This document shows, in pieces, positions 36,658 to 47,654 of a stretch of DNA of 64,000 nt. Numbering within the stretch: the stretch's first letter is position 1; every line of letters begins with the position of its first letter. The translations under genes were made by a program, and so were the position numbers. The stretch spans positions 3,823,062-3,887,061 of the forward strand of contig NZ_JH600070.1 of NCBI RefSeq assembly GCF_000245015.1, in the 5' to 3' direction. This DNA is from Beggiatoa alba B18LD. GTDB taxonomy: Bacteria; Pseudomonadota; Gammaproteobacteria; Beggiatoales; Beggiatoaceae. The notes beneath the pieces are model-generated. The model was not told the origin of the DNA, made no database searches, and saw nothing but the letters and a program-made list of their open reading frames with translations.

Positions 36658-39600
36658 TTAACAGCGTTTAATAATTAATAACGTCATATCATCAAAAATT
36701 GGAGCTTGTCCCAAATGTTGCTGAACATCGGCGACAATCGCTTGCTTCACTGTTTCAACGCCACTTGTCCATGTTTGTTGTATGACATGGCATAAGCGCG
36801 GGACACCATATAACGTCTTATTCAACGCACGGGCTTCTGTAATCCCATCTGTATATAAAACAATCCCCTCTCCTACCGCTAAAGGGATTTCTAAATGCTG
36901 TAAATAGGCTTGAATATCTGTTTCTAAACCGATAGGAAAACCCAGCTCTAAGGTATTAATCCGTTTTACGACCCCATCGCCGCGAACATGCAATACTTCT
37001 TCATGTTGCCCACATAAACGCACAATACCCGCTTGATAATCTAAAAGTAATAATGTCAGGGTTTTATCAGACTGCATACGCTCAACATTGGCGTAAATAG
37101 CGCGATTAATAACCGTTAAAAAGCTTTCTAAATCATCAACCTGATTTTCTAATAAAGTGCGTACTGCCATTTGCACCATCAGCATCAAAACACCGCTTTC
37201 TAAACCGTGTCCCGTTACATCACCAATACCACAGACAACCCGCCCATCACGTTGTAAAACATCATAATAATCTCCACCAACTTCATCAGCAGGCAACATA
37301 AAACCGACAATTTCTAACGGTTGAATTTCACTTAATTCTATAGGCTTGGGTAACAGCATTTGTTGTAAACGCTGGGTTACTTCTAATTCTGCACCCATAC
37401 GTAAGTTTTCAGCATGTAATTGTTGATTTAACGTGGTAATTTCTGCATTAGCGCGTGCTAATTCTTCAGTCCGTTGTGCAACTAACGTTTCTAAATTATC
37501 GGCATGATGCCGAATAGCAACATGTGCGTGTTCTAGCTCATCGATAAATCGCGCATTTTCTAAAGAAATTGCAATTTGTGAACACAAAAGTTTTAAAACG
37601 GTTAAGCGTTCAGGGGTAAAAGTTCCCGTTGTTAAATTATTTTCTAAATAAAGCACGCCAATCAGGTTTTTTTGATAAACCAATGGCAGGCATAAAACCG
37701 ATTTTGGCTGTTTTTGTACGGTATAAGGGTCATTTGCAAACACATCATCTTGACAAGCATCTGCAAGTACAACAGGCATTTGGGTACGTGATACATAGCT
37801 AACGACAGCTGTCGATAGGCATAAACAGGGGTCTTGACAATGCGCGTGGTCTAGCGGGATATTTTGCAAAATTTGAATATTATCCATTGCGACATTGCCA
37901 TATGCACCGAGCACTAACTGTCCTTGTTTTTTCAAAATAAGCCAGCCCTCTTCCGCGCCTGCATTTTCAATCACAACACGCATTAAGCGTTCTAATAAAT
38001 GATGCAAGACAAATTCGCTAGAAATTGCTTGCGAGGCTTTGATAACGCTGGCTAAATCTAATTGACTTTTTGCACCGATGGTGATGAATGAATGCGCCCC
38101 GTAAGAGCTGGTCATTGTTGCTGTGACAGTTTGCCCGTCGTTGCTATTCAGCCGTCCTTCAGGTAGCAAACTGAGCAGTTGCGGATACATTTTTTCTAAA
38201 TCAGCTAATTTACATTTCGCGCCCCATAAGTAATAACCATATTGGGCTTTTTTCATGTATAACTGGGCAATGTCGCTTTTACCACGTGCTAACCAGAATT
38301 TTGCCGCTAATTCATTGGCGAGGGCTTCATTTTGGGTGTATTCGTATTGACTGGCGGAGGCAATGGCAAGGTCATAATGTTCCATCGCACTTAAAACATC
38401 CTGTTCTAAACGCGCCATTTCTGCCTTAATTAACAAATATTTATGTAAAAAATTTGCTTCGCAGTTTTCCGCCCAGTGTTGTAATTTGCGCTGATTTTGT
38501 TCTAATCGTTGCCAGTAGCGGGTTTTTTCTTCAGCACTAAAACTGGGATAACAGGCGATAATGCTGAGGGATGTGTAAAAATTATGTTCTGCAACAGGTG
38601 CTAACGTTACTAGCGCATAAATAACATCATCGGTTTCTAGGGCAAGTTCTAAGGCTTTATGATAATCCCCATATAAATAATAAAGTTGGCATTTACTGAC
38701 ATAGTAGCGACAGACAGGGGCAAGATTTTTATTTTTGTGGCATTGGGTTAAATAATCCGCTTCAGAAAGATTATCGAGGTGAAAACTTTCTTTATCGGTT
38801 GTTCGTCCTGTCAGATTCCAGATGATGAGTTGATAACCTAACATAGAATCAATGGCTAATTGATTTTTTGTTTTTTCTGCAAAATTGAGATATTTTGGCG
38901 AATACTCGCTTAATATAGTTTCTAGTGGTTTACCTTCATAAAATGCATGTGTCAGTAAATGAACAAGGGTATAGCTAGCAAATTGCAATTCTCCGCCATC
39001 AACGCCTGCTTTAAAAGCCTCTTCGCTAATTGCATCCGCTTCACGTAAATGTTTTACCCAAATCAAAGACATGTTTGCAAATAATTCCCATGCCTTACAT
39101 TTTTGTGCTAATCCGTTGTAACGGTCGGCTAATTTCATGCCCATTGTGCCGAAGGCGTAGGCAGTTTGATAATCACCCAATACTGCCCCAAGCACGATGC
39201 CATAACAGGAATAACCCATTGCAGCCTCTACAGAATTTCCGTATTGCAGGGATAAGTTCACCGATTTAGCAATGATGACGTATAACAGGGCGGGATTAGA
39301 AAAATAGGTTGCACCGATTAAATTATTCATTAAACGAATTTCAATCTGTTTTTCAGGCAAACGCATATCAGGCGCGTTGAGTAGGGCTGCAATGGGGCGT
39401 TGTCCTAAATTTTTGGTGACTTGTTGCATTTCTGTGAATAAGGCGGCGCGTAAGTCATCTGTGGGTAAATCAACACCGAGTAACCGTAACGCTTGTCGTC
39501 CTGCTTCGGTCGCAAGGACATATTGGGCTTGCATGGTGTATTGAATAATCAACGCATTATAAATATCTGCTTTTTCCAACACGGTACGAGCTTGCGCGAT

Positions 39601-42057
39601 TGTGTGTTGTACTAATCGCTCAGACTCAGAAAAATATCCATTTAAATAAGCCGCTTCAATCAATTCTCGGTGTAAGGTGTAGCTTAGGTCGTAGTAATAC
39701 GTCCACATGGCAGAGCCTGCAAGCGCGTTTAACGATTGGCGACAGTTGCTTAAGTATGTCCATGAGGCTTGATAAGCGGTTGCTAGTTTGGCTTTTTGTC
39801 CTGCTTCTAAGTTTAAACGGGCTAATTCAATGAGTTCATTAGCATCCGTCATTAAGGGTTGACCTAAATTTAAATGGTCAACAATTTCAAATAAGTTATC
39901 GCTTCTTTCTTGTGGGGTAAGATTTTGAATCAGTAAACGTCCAATACTTAAATGCACGCTTTGTTTTTGGTCGTTGTTAATTAAGGCGTAAGCCGCTTGC
40001 TGAACGCGGTCGTGTAAAAAACGATAATGTGCAATGAGTAAGACAGATTCATCTTGTGGGTCTATTTCTAGGGTAGAAACAGGTAGGATTAAGCCTTCTT
40101 GAATAGTGGGGAGTAGGGTATAAAACGTTTCTTTTAAACGATGTTGATAGATGGTTGCGAGGGTTTGCAGTGAAAATTGGTTGCCAACACAGGCAGCGAG
40201 TTGTAGCACTTGTTGCGTAGCAGGTGGTAATTTACGCAATTTAGCAATCATTAAATCGACGACGTTGTCAGTAATGCCGTAAGCGTGGATTTTTTGCACA
40301 TCCCACCGCCAACAGGCTTGTTCAAAATCAAAGGTAAATAGCCGTTCTTGATGTAATGTTTTTAAAAACTGAGTGCTAAAAAAAGGATTTCCTTGAGTTT
40401 TTTGAACGATTAATTCGGCTAAGGGTTTAACCGCTTCAATATCGCTGTGTAAGGTGTCAACTAATAAATGGGTTACATGTACCAGTTGCAAGGCAGATAA
40501 GGTGATTTGACTGATATTGACTTGTTCACGGCGTAATGTGTCTAAAGTCAACATTAAGGGGTGACTCATATCGACTTCGTTATCACGATATGCACCGATT
40601 AATAATAAATGGCGGGTTTCTTCATCCGTTAAAATTAGTTCTAATAATTTCAAGGTTGCTGAGTCTGCCCATTGTAAATCGTCCAGAAATAAAACTAAGG
40701 GATGTTCGGCTTGAGCAAAAACGCGGAGAAATTGGCGAAAGACATGATTAAATCGATTTTGTGCGGCAGTTGGCGGTAAAACTTCAACGGGGGGTTGTTT
40801 ACCAATAATTAGCTCTACTTCAGGTAGGACTTCAATCACAACTTGTCCATTACAACCTAATGCGTTTAGTAATCGCTCGCGCCATAAACGCACGCGCTCC
40901 GTGCTTTCCGTTAATAATTGACGCACTAAATTAGCAAAGGCTTTTACAACCGCACTATAGGGAATATTGCGTTGAAATTGGTCGAATTTTCCTGCACAGA
41001 AATAGCCACGTTGTTGGGTAATGGGTTTGTAAATCTCTTGTACTAGCATAGACTTACCAATTCCCGAATAACCTGCAACCAGCATGAATTCTGTTTGTCC
41101 TGCATTGACCCGTTCAAAACTGGTTAATAAAACGTCTAATTCTTGTTCACGCCCATATAATTTCTGTGGAATGTGAAACCTATCCCAACGGTCTTTATTT
41201 CCAAATTCAAATGGTTGAATATTCCCGTGCTCTTGATATTGTACTAAACAGCCAATTAAATCGGCTTTTAAACCAAACGCACTTTGATAACGAGATTCTG
41301 CTGTTTTTGCAAGTAATTTCATTATCATGTGTGAAATTGTATGGGGGACTGTTGGATTTAGTACATGGACGGCTGTTGGACGTTTTGCGATATGACAATG
41401 TACTAATTCTAGTGCGTCACTGGATTCAAACGGTGGATGTCCTACCAGCATTTCATAAAAAACAATGCCTAAGGAGTATAAGTCTGTTCGATAATCGACA
41501 GAGCGGTTCATCCGTCCTGTTTGTTCAGGCGACATATACAGCAATGTCCCCTCAAGTAAATCAGGGTTGCATAACGTTGGATTTTCTGTGTGAAGTTTTG
41601 AGGAAATACTAAAATCAGTCAGTTTTATCTGTTTTTTTTCTAAATTAATAATGATATTCGCGGGTTTAATATCTTTATGAATAATATGATGAACGTGTAA
41701 TTCACCGACTGCATGGGCAAGTTGAATGGCTAATTCAAGAAAGAGGGGGACATCTATCGTTTTCTGTTTATCTAATAAGGTGCGCAATGATTCACCGTGA
41801 TCATCTTCAAAAATCAATACCCACGAGTTATTGCACTTGTGTAAGCCGTAAGGTTTTACAATTCCTTGTAAATTCAAGCCTTGTGTCACTTGATATTCAT
41901 GGTGAAATTGCGCAATACGACGCGGTTCAAGATATTGATTTTGCAAACCTTTAATAATAACGGCTTGGTGATCTTTTTTACGATACCCGCGATAAACAAC
42001 GGTTTTTATACCATCATAGATTTTTTCTGTGATGGCATAATCGGTTAATTCAATCAT
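36658..42057 (-). CDS. Giant multidomain signalling protein: Hanks-type Ser/Thr kinase, AAA/NTPase (AAA_16-like), TPR-like repeats, GAF, coiled coil, C-terminal PP2C phosphatase
   Basis: 1799 aa. Kinase HKDIKPANIII...GTLLYMSPEQ. P-loop VAGYSGIGKSMLV. C-terminal ADEVGGDYYDV...GIGDVTGHGLESGVLMLMVQ...LYTDGITEA. Confidence 0.75.
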   Translation of the reverse strand: MIELTDYAITEKIYDGIKTVVYRGYRKKDHQAVIIKGLQNQYLEPRRIAQFHHEYQVTQGLNLQGIVKPYGLHKCNNSWVLIFEDDHGESLRTLLDKQKTIDVPLFLELAIQLAHAVGELHVHHIIHKDIKPANIIINLEKKQIKLTDFSISSKLHTENPTLCNPDLLEGTLLYMSPEQTGRMNRSVDYRTDLYSLGIVFYEMLVGHPPFESSDALELVHCHIAKRPTAVHVLNPTVPHTISHMIMKLLAKTAESRYQSAFGLKADLIGCLVQYQEHGNIQPFEFGNKDRWDRFHIPQKLYGREQELDVLLTSFERVNAGQTEFMLVAGYSGIGKSMLVQEIYKPITQQRGYFCAGKFDQFQRNIPYSAVVKAFANLVRQLLTESTERVRLWRERLLNALGCNGQVVIEVLPEVELIIGKQPPVEVLPPTAAQNRFNHVFRQFLRVFAQAEHPLVLFLDDLQWADSATLKLLELILTDEETRHLLLIGAYRDNEVDMSHPLMLTLDTLRREQVNISQITLSALQLVHVTHLLVDTLHSDIEAVKPLAELIVQKTQGNPFFSTQFLKTLHQERLFTFDFEQACWRWDVQKIHAYGITDNVVDLMIAKLRKLPPATQQVLQLAACVGNQFSLQTLATIYQHRLKETFYTLLPTIQEGLILPVSTLEIDPQDESVLLIAHYRFLHDRVQQAAYALINNDQKQSVHLSIGRLLIQNLTPQERSDNLFEIVDHLNLGQPLMTDANELIELARLNLEAGQKAKLATAYQASWTYLSNCRQSLNALAGSAMWTYYYDLSYTLHRELIEAAYLNGYFSESERLVQHTIAQARTVLEKADIYNALIIQYTMQAQYVLATEAGRQALRLLGVDLPTDDLRAALFTEMQQVTKNLGQRPIAALLNAPDMRLPEKQIEIRLMNNLIGATYFSNPALLYVIIAKSVNLSLQYGNSVEAAMGYSCYGIVLGAVLGDYQTAYAFGTMGMKLADRYNGLAQKCKAWELFANMSLIWVKHLREADAISEEAFKAGVDGGELQFASYTLVHLLTHAFYEGKPLETILSEYSPKYLNFAEKTKNQLAIDSMLGYQLIIWNLTGRTTDKESFHLDNLSEADYLTQCHKNKNLAPVCRYYVSKCQLYYLYGDYHKALELALETDDVIYALVTLAPVAEHNFYTSLSIIACYPSFSAEEKTRYWQRLEQNQRKLQHWAENCEANFLHKYLLIKAEMARLEQDVLSAMEHYDLAIASASQYEYTQNEALANELAAKFWLARGKSDIAQLYMKKAQYGYYLWGAKCKLADLEKMYPQLLSLLPEGRLNSNDGQTVTATMTSSYGAHSFITIGAKSQLDLASVIKASQAISSEFVLHHLLERLMRVVIENAGAEEGWLILKKQGQLVLGAYGNVAMDNIQILQNIPLDHAHCQDPCLCLSTAVVSYVSRTQMPVVLADACQDDVFANDPYTVQKQPKSVLCLPLVYQKNLIGVLYLENNLTTGTFTPERLTVLKLLCSQIAISLENARFIDELEHAHVAIRHHADNLETLVAQRTEELARANAEITTLNQQLHAENLRMGAELEVTQRLQQMLLPKPIELSEIQPLEIVGFMLPADEVGGDYYDVLQRDGRVVCGIGDVTGHGLESGVLMLMVQMAVRTLLENQVDDLESFLTVINRAIYANVERMQSDKTLTLLLLDYQAGIVRLCGQHEEVLHVRGDGVVKRINTLELGFPIGLETDIQAYLQHLEIPLAVGEGIVLYTDGITEARALNKTLYGVPRLCHVIQQTWTSGVETVKQAIVADVQQHLGQAPIFDDMTLLIIKRC

Positions 42058-42220
42058 GACTTACTCTCCATCCCCCAATCTACTGCTTTGTTTCTGTCTT
42101 TTATAAAGTGAGTATAAAGCAAAACCAGCATTGTGTAGCATCACACGGATTTATCTCAGTAGGGGCTTGGATACGCACTGGTTAATAAAAACGCTAATAT
42201 GCAGCGCGACATTCGGTCTA

Positions 42221-43105
42221 TTAAGCATGTACAACGGTTTTACAAGCAGGGTATTGACTGCACATAAAAAAGGTTTTTCCTGCATGTTGCCCTGTTTTTG
42301 GGGAAACCCGTTTCATCGGTTCGCCACACTGAGGACAGGTTTTTGTGGCGGGTGTGGCAGTTGTTGGCTGGCTGGTTGTGAATAAATTTAACTGTAAGTT
42401 GTCCATTAATTGTTGTTTTAAACTGGTTAAATCATAGGTCTCGCTCACGATAACGTGCATCATCGGAATTTTTGCTGTTTCTAATGCAATATCAACAAAT
42501 TTATCATGCAGTTGTGTACTTAACGGTTTATTAGCATCAAATGGCTCTTCGATAGCAACAACACCACAGACCGCAAAACTTTGTTGATGACAGATAACAA
42601 AATCTAACCGTTTTTGGCGTAAGCGTTCTAAAGCGGTGCGTCTTGTTTTTATATCACCGACATCGGCTAATGTTTCTAATACTTCGGCAAGATGTACTTT
42701 AGCTAATAAGATATAGGGTTGATTTTGTAAAATTTGATGCAGGGCTAGAAACAAGGTGCTTTCTGTCGTGGATAATAAACTGGCTTTCGCTTGATAGGGG
42801 TAGCTGTTTTCGTTGAGATGTCCTGTGTGCAATTGTTGGGCAATGGGATATTCAGAGGTAATTACGGCAGGGTGTTCAAATGTTTGCTTTTTATCACTTT
42901 CACCATAAATAGCAACATCGGGTAAATCCGTTGTGTATAAATTGCGATACCACCATGAACTTTTTTTGTTTTTATAAGCACCTTGTTTGGGTTGTTCAAT
43001 CACTCCAAACCGCGCTTGTTGGCGTTGATGGTAGGCGTAGGCTAAAACGAGTATTAATAAAAAACTTAAAATAATTAATGCAATCAAGCTAATATCTATA
43101 TTCAT
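42221..43105 (-). CDS. DUF2726-like (restriction-endonuclease-like fold) protein with an N-terminal TM and a C-terminal topoisomerase-type C4 zinc ribbon
   Basis: 294 aa. Central block LSTTESTLFLALHQIL...YILLAKVHLAEVL...LDFVICH. C-terminus CPQCGEPMKRV...GKTFFMCSQYPACK. Confidence 0.45.
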   Translation of the reverse strand: MNIDISLIALIILSFLLILVLAYAYHQRQQARFGVIEQPKQGAYKNKKSSWWYRNLYTTDLPDVAIYGESDKKQTFEHPAVITSEYPIAQQLHTGHLNENSYPYQAKASLLSTTESTLFLALHQILQNQPYILLAKVHLAEVLETLADVGDIKTRRTALERLRQKRLDFVICHQQSFAVCGVVAIEEPFDANKPLSTQLHDKFVDIALETAKIPMMHVIVSETYDLTSLKQQLMDNLQLNLFTTSQPTTATPATKTCPQCGEPMKRVSPKTGQHAGKTFFMCSQYPACKTVVHA

Positions 43106-43253
43106 TATTTTTAAACTAATTGGGTTATCGGCAAATGGTTAATAATTTAAAAAACTCATATGATACAATACTATAAGTTAATTTCAATAAAAAAGGCGAG
43201 TAAATTCATGGGGTTTCCGTGAATGACTCGCCGTTTTAGCAAACAGGCTTTCT

Positions 43254-44327
43254 TTATTCTTTGGATGCCTCGCTGTAAGCATCATCAGATACTGTTGTCC
43301 ATGCGTCATTATCTGCTTGGAATGCAGTGAAAGAATCATAAACCTTTTTAAATAAAGGGTCTTTTGCTGATTCTTCGGTTAAGACTTCTTTCGTTAAACG
43401 CCGTAATTCTTTCAACACTTCAGGCGGAAATGGTAAAACATTTACTTTATATTTTTCTTTTAATTCCCGTAAGGCTTTGTTATTAGAGGCTTCAAATTCG
43501 GCATACATGGTAACATTTAAGGAGCTTGCCGCGCTTTCCACAATTTTTTGCAAATCAGGTGGTAAAGAATCCCATGCTTTTTTATTGACAATCACCTCAA
43601 GTACCGTACCAGGTTCATGCCAACCTGGATAATAATAATATTGTGCCGCTCGATATAAGCCTAAACGTTCATCATGGAAAGGCCCTACCCATTCTGTTGC
43701 ATCAATGGTTTTCCGCTCTAATGCGGTATAGATTTCACCACCTGCTAATAACACAGGTGTTCCGCCTGCTTTGGCAATCACTTTGCCACCTAAACCAGGA
43801 ATGCGCATTTTAAGACCTTGTAAGTCTTGCACACTTTCAATTTTTTTGTTAAACCAGCCTCCCATTTGTACGCCTGTATTCCCCCCTGGAAAAGGGACAA
43901 CGTTAAACGGTGCATAAGCTTCTTGCCACAGCTTTAAACCATCGCCGTTATAAAACCATGCATTCATGCCTTTAGCAGTCATGCCAAACGGCACTGCCGA
44001 CATAAATTGTGCAGCAGGCACTTTGCCCGCCCAATAGTAAGCCGCGCCATGTCCTAACTCGATAGTCCCTTGAGAGACGGCATCAAAAGTTTGTAAAGGC
44101 GGTACTAATTCCCCCCCTGCAAAAACTTGGATTTTAATCCGCCCATTACTCATGGTTTCCACATCTTTGGCAAAACGCACAACGCCCGTTTGAAAAATTG
44201 GGAAATTGGGCGGCCATGTCGTAACCATCTTCCAGTTAAACGTATCAGCGGCATAACTGGGCAAACTGGTGACTGCCACAGCTAATGCCCCAATCACAGG
44301 ACTTAGCCAACGTGCAAGTTTAGACAT
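43254..44327 (-). CDS. TRAP transporter solute-binding subunit (DctP family)
   Basis: 357 aa with a signal peptide and DctP-like conserved blocks (GHGAAYYWAGK, RIPGLGGKV). Confidence 0.7.
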   Translation of the reverse strand: MSKLARWLSPVIGALAVAVTSLPSYAADTFNWKMVTTWPPNFPIFQTGVVRFAKDVETMSNGRIKIQVFAGGELVPPLQTFDAVSQGTIELGHGAAYYWAGKVPAAQFMSAVPFGMTAKGMNAWFYNGDGLKLWQEAYAPFNVVPFPGGNTGVQMGGWFNKKIESVQDLQGLKMRIPGLGGKVIAKAGGTPVLLAGGEIYTALERKTIDATEWVGPFHDERLGLYRAAQYYYYPGWHEPGTVLEVIVNKKAWDSLPPDLQKIVESAASSLNVTMYAEFEASNNKALRELKEKYKVNVLPFPPEVLKELRRLTKEVLTEESAKDPLFKKVYDSFTAFQADNDAWTTVSDDAYSEASKE

Positions 44328-44496
44328 AAAAACTCCTTTAGAGGATTTAGCATTTACTGTTATTTATTTTCTCAAGTGCTCACTTGAGGCGCGTCTATTA
44401 TTGTCCTAATTTTTAAGAATTAAAACCCTATAAACAAGCTAAAATCATGCAACATCTTTAATCAGTTATTAAAAAGACAAGATATTTTTCAGCTTA

Positions 44497-44598
44497 ATAC
44501 TTGAGTATTTTACTATGATATATATTATGTAAACCAGTTGAGGGAAAAACAAAATACACAGGACACGTGATTATTTCTTGAGTAATTTAATTGGGAAT
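44497..44598 (+). promoter_or_regulatory. Two candidate IscR type-1 binding sites and the iscR promoter
   Basis: atacTTGAgtaTTTTACTatgatat (44497-44521) and tttcTTGAgtAATTTAatTGGGAAT (44574-44598) resemble the E. coli iscR site ATAGTTGACCAATTTACTCGGGAAT. TTGATT-N16-TAATAC follows. Confidence 0.4.
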
Positions 44599-44673
44599 TT
44601 ACTTGATTGTTTTAGTAGGTGATGTAATACTTGCACTTGCCATTATTCACACACTATTACAAGGTCATTAAAA

Positions 44674-45162
44674 ATGAGACTCACCACAAAAGGACGGTAT
44701 GCCGTCACTGCCATGTTGGACTTAGCTATTCACCGCGATCAAAAATCTGTCACACTGGCAGATATTTCGCAACGACAAGGCATTTCTTTATCTTACTTAG
44801 AGCAATTATTCTCTAAACTGCGCAAGCATAACTTAGTGGACAGTGCTCGCGGGCCCGGTGGCGGTTATCGCTTAAGCCGTAGTGCTGACGAAATTACTGT
44901 TGCTCAAGTGATTTCAGCCGTCGACGAATCCGTTGATGCGACCAAATGCCAAGGCATGAAAAATTGCCACGATGCACACGCCTGTTTAACCCATGAATTA
45001 TGGGAAGATTTAAGCGACCAAATTCGTGAATTCTTAAGCAATATCTCACTTGCCCAAGTGGTTGAAAAACGCATGAAAGAATTCACCCGTGAAGCAAATC
45101 TCCGTCCTGTTGAATATGCCACACAACACCGCATGGAAAGCCATGTTGCACATCACCGCTAA
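44674..45162 (+). CDS. iscR: Fe-S cluster assembly transcriptional regulator
   Basis: Rrf2-family HTH with the Cys triad [13 protein letters not shown]. Confidence 0.85.
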   Translation: MRLTTKGRYAVTAMLDLAIHRDQKSVTLADISQRQGISLSYLEQLFSKLRKHNLVDSARGPGGGYRLSRSADEITVAQVISAVDESVDATKCQGMKNCHDAHACLTHELWEDLSDQIREFLSNISLAQVVEKRMKEFTREANLRPVEYATQHRMESHVAHHR

Positions 45163-45184
45163 CCCCCTATGAGATGATGCAGTT

Positions 45185-46321
45185 ATGGGTATTTATCTGG
45201 ATTACAATGCAACAACGCCTTTAGACCCGCGCGTCTTAGAAGCCATGTTGCCCTATTTGCAACAACTACATGGTAACGCCTCCAGCGTACACCACTATGG
45301 TCGTCGTGTTCGCGCCGCCATAGACCATGCCCGCGAACAAGTTGCAAACCTCGTAAATGCCCACCCCTCCCAAATCATCTTTACCAGTGGGGGCACTGAA
45401 GCCAATAACCTCGCATTAAAAGGGACTGCCTGCCATGTCGATATTGGACGAATCTTGATTAGTCGTATCGAACATGCCTCTTTATACACCCCTGCGTTAA
45501 GTTTAGAACGACAAGGCTGGACAGTTGATTATTTGCCCGTTGACGACTTAGGACGGGTGAAACAAGACTACTTAAATATCCCGCCTGATACTCGCCTCAT
45601 TTCCGTCATGACGGCGAATAATGAAACAGGGGTTATACAACCCATTCAGCCAATTGCAAACTACTGCCAAACGCACCGCATCGTTTTCCACACTGATGCT
45701 AGCCAAGCTGTTGGCAAAATACCGATTGATTTCGCGGCAATGGGTGTAAATCTCATGACCCTATCGGGGCATAAATTCTATGCCCCGTTGGGTTGTGGCG
45801 TGCTGATTACCGACAAAACAACCCTACTTGAACCCCTATTACACGGCGGTGGACAAGAAAAAGGGCTAAGAGGTGGCACTGAAAACATTCCCGCCATTGT
45901 TGGACTGGGCAAAGCCGCCGAGCTAGTTTGCGATGAATTAGAACAACGCCAACGCCATACACGCCAACTACGCGACCAATTAGAAACCTTATTACACACC
46001 CTACCCAGTGTGAAAATTCTGGCAGAACATGCTGAACGCTTACCGAATACCTTAATGATAACCGTCGCAGGATTTACAGGCGAAACCCTACTTATGGGCT
46101 TAGACCGCTTAGGCTTTGCCGTCTCCAGTGGCTCTGCCTGTCACAGCGAAAAGACCGAACCCAGCCACGTTTTACTCGCAATGGGGATAGACCCAATTAA
46201 TGCAAAAAGTGCAATCAGAATCAGCTTAGGGATACACAACACCCTTGAAGATATTCAACAATTTTATCAAGCACTTAAAAAACAAATTGAACAAACTCAG
46301 CTACTAATGGCATTAGGTTAA
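45185..46321 (+). CDS. Cysteine desulfurase, NifS-like (shorter class I paralogue)
   Basis: 378 aa with the PLP Lys in SGHKFYAPLGCGVL and the active-site Cys in SSGSACHSEK. Confidence 0.8.
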   Translation: MGIYLDYNATTPLDPRVLEAMLPYLQQLHGNASSVHHYGRRVRAAIDHAREQVANLVNAHPSQIIFTSGGTEANNLALKGTACHVDIGRILISRIEHASLYTPALSLERQGWTVDYLPVDDLGRVKQDYLNIPPDTRLISVMTANNETGVIQPIQPIANYCQTHRIVFHTDASQAVGKIPIDFAAMGVNLMTLSGHKFYAPLGCGVLITDKTTLLEPLLHGGGQEKGLRGGTENIPAIVGLGKAAELVCDELEQRQRHTRQLRDQLETLLHTLPSVKILAEHAERLPNTLMITVAGFTGETLLMGLDRLGFAVSSGSACHSEKTEPSHVLLAMGIDPINAKSAIRISLGIHNTLEDIQQFYQALKKQIEQTQLLMALG

Positions 46322-46402
46322 TACAAAACATTTAAAAAAAGAAAGTTAAAAACACAATATTTTCAGAGATTAAAGACCAGATTAAAAATCTAAAGGTGAA
46401 TT

Positions 46403-47617
46403 ATGAATATTCCAATTTACATGGACTACTCCGCAACAACCCCCGTTGACCCCCGAGTTGCTGAGAAAATGATGCAATGCCTCACCATGCAAGGGTATTT
46501 TGGTAATCCAGCCTCCCGCTCACACAAATTTGGCTGGGATGCAGAAAAAATTGTTGAAGAAGCCCGTGAACACGTTGCAGCCCTCCTCAATGCCGACGCA
46601 AAAGAAATCGTTTGGACATCAGGCGCGACCGAATCTAACAACCTCGCCCTGAAAGGCGCGGCGCACTTCTACCAAAAAAAAGGCAAGCACATCATTACCT
46701 GTAAAACCGAACATAAAGCTGTCCTCGACACCTGTCGACATTTAGAACGCGAAGGCTTCGAAGTCACCTATTTAGACCCAGAACCCAATGGACTGGTTGA
46801 CCTGAAAAAATTAGCAGCAGCTATTCGCAAGGACACAATTATCATCAGCCTCATGCACGTCAACAACGAAATCGGCGTAATTTCAGACTTAGAAGCGATA
46901 GGCGAAATTACCCGCGCTCACGATGTCCTATTCCACGTTGATGCCGCACAAAGTGCTGGAAAAGTCCCCATAGACCTCGAAAAAATGCAAGTTGACCTCA
47001 TGTCACTATCCGCCCACAAAGTCTATGGACCCAAAGGCATGGGCGCGTTATACGTGCGTCGTAAACCCCGTGTACGCCTAGAACCACAAATACACGGCGG
47101 TGGACATGAACGTGGGATGCGCTCAGGCACACTGGCGACCCATCAAATTGTTGGCATGGGAGAAGCCTTCCGCATTGCCAAACTAGAAATGGCAGGGGAA
47201 AACAAACGCTTACAACATCTCCGCGAAAAACTATGGAATGGCATCAAAGATATGGAAGAAGTTTATATCAATGGTGACTTACAACACCGCATAGCAGGAA
47301 ACTTAAACATCAGTTTCAACTATGTAGAAGGTGAATCCCTAATTATGGCACTCAAAGATTTAGCCGTATCCTCTGGCTCTGCCTGTACCTCTGCGAGCTT
47401 AGAGCCTTCTTACGTTTTACGGGCTTTAGGACGCGATGACGAACTCGCCCACAGCTCCATCCGCTTTACCCTTGGACGTTTTACCACAGAAGAAGATATC
47501 GACTACGCAATTCCGCTAATTCGGGACAAAATCGCCAAATTGCGTGAATTATCCCCATTATGGGACATGTACAAAGCAGGTATAGACTTAAAAAGCGTCC
47601 AATGGGCGGCACACTAA
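46403..47617 (+). CDS. iscS: Cysteine desulfurase
   Basis: 404 aa with [18 protein letters not shown] and [21 protein letters not shown], full IscS length including the C-terminal tail. Confidence 0.85.
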   Translation: MNIPIYMDYSATTPVDPRVAEKMMQCLTMQGYFGNPASRSHKFGWDAEKIVEEAREHVAALLNADAKEIVWTSGATESNNLALKGAAHFYQKKGKHIITCKTEHKAVLDTCRHLEREGFEVTYLDPEPNGLVDLKKLAAAIRKDTIIISLMHVNNEIGVISDLEAIGEITRAHDVLFHVDAAQSAGKVPIDLEKMQVDLMSLSAHKVYGPKGMGALYVRRKPRVRLEPQIHGGGHERGMRSGTLATHQIVGMGEAFRIAKLEMAGENKRLQHLREKLWNGIKDMEEVYINGDLQHRIAGNLNISFNYVEGESLIMALKDLAVSSGSACTSASLEPSYVLRALGRDDELAHSSIRFTLGRFTTEEDIDYAIPLIRDKIAKLRELSPLWDMYKAGIDLKSVQWAAH

Positions 47618-47654
47618 CCGAATTTATCTTTAAGTTGCACAGAGGAGAAGACAC

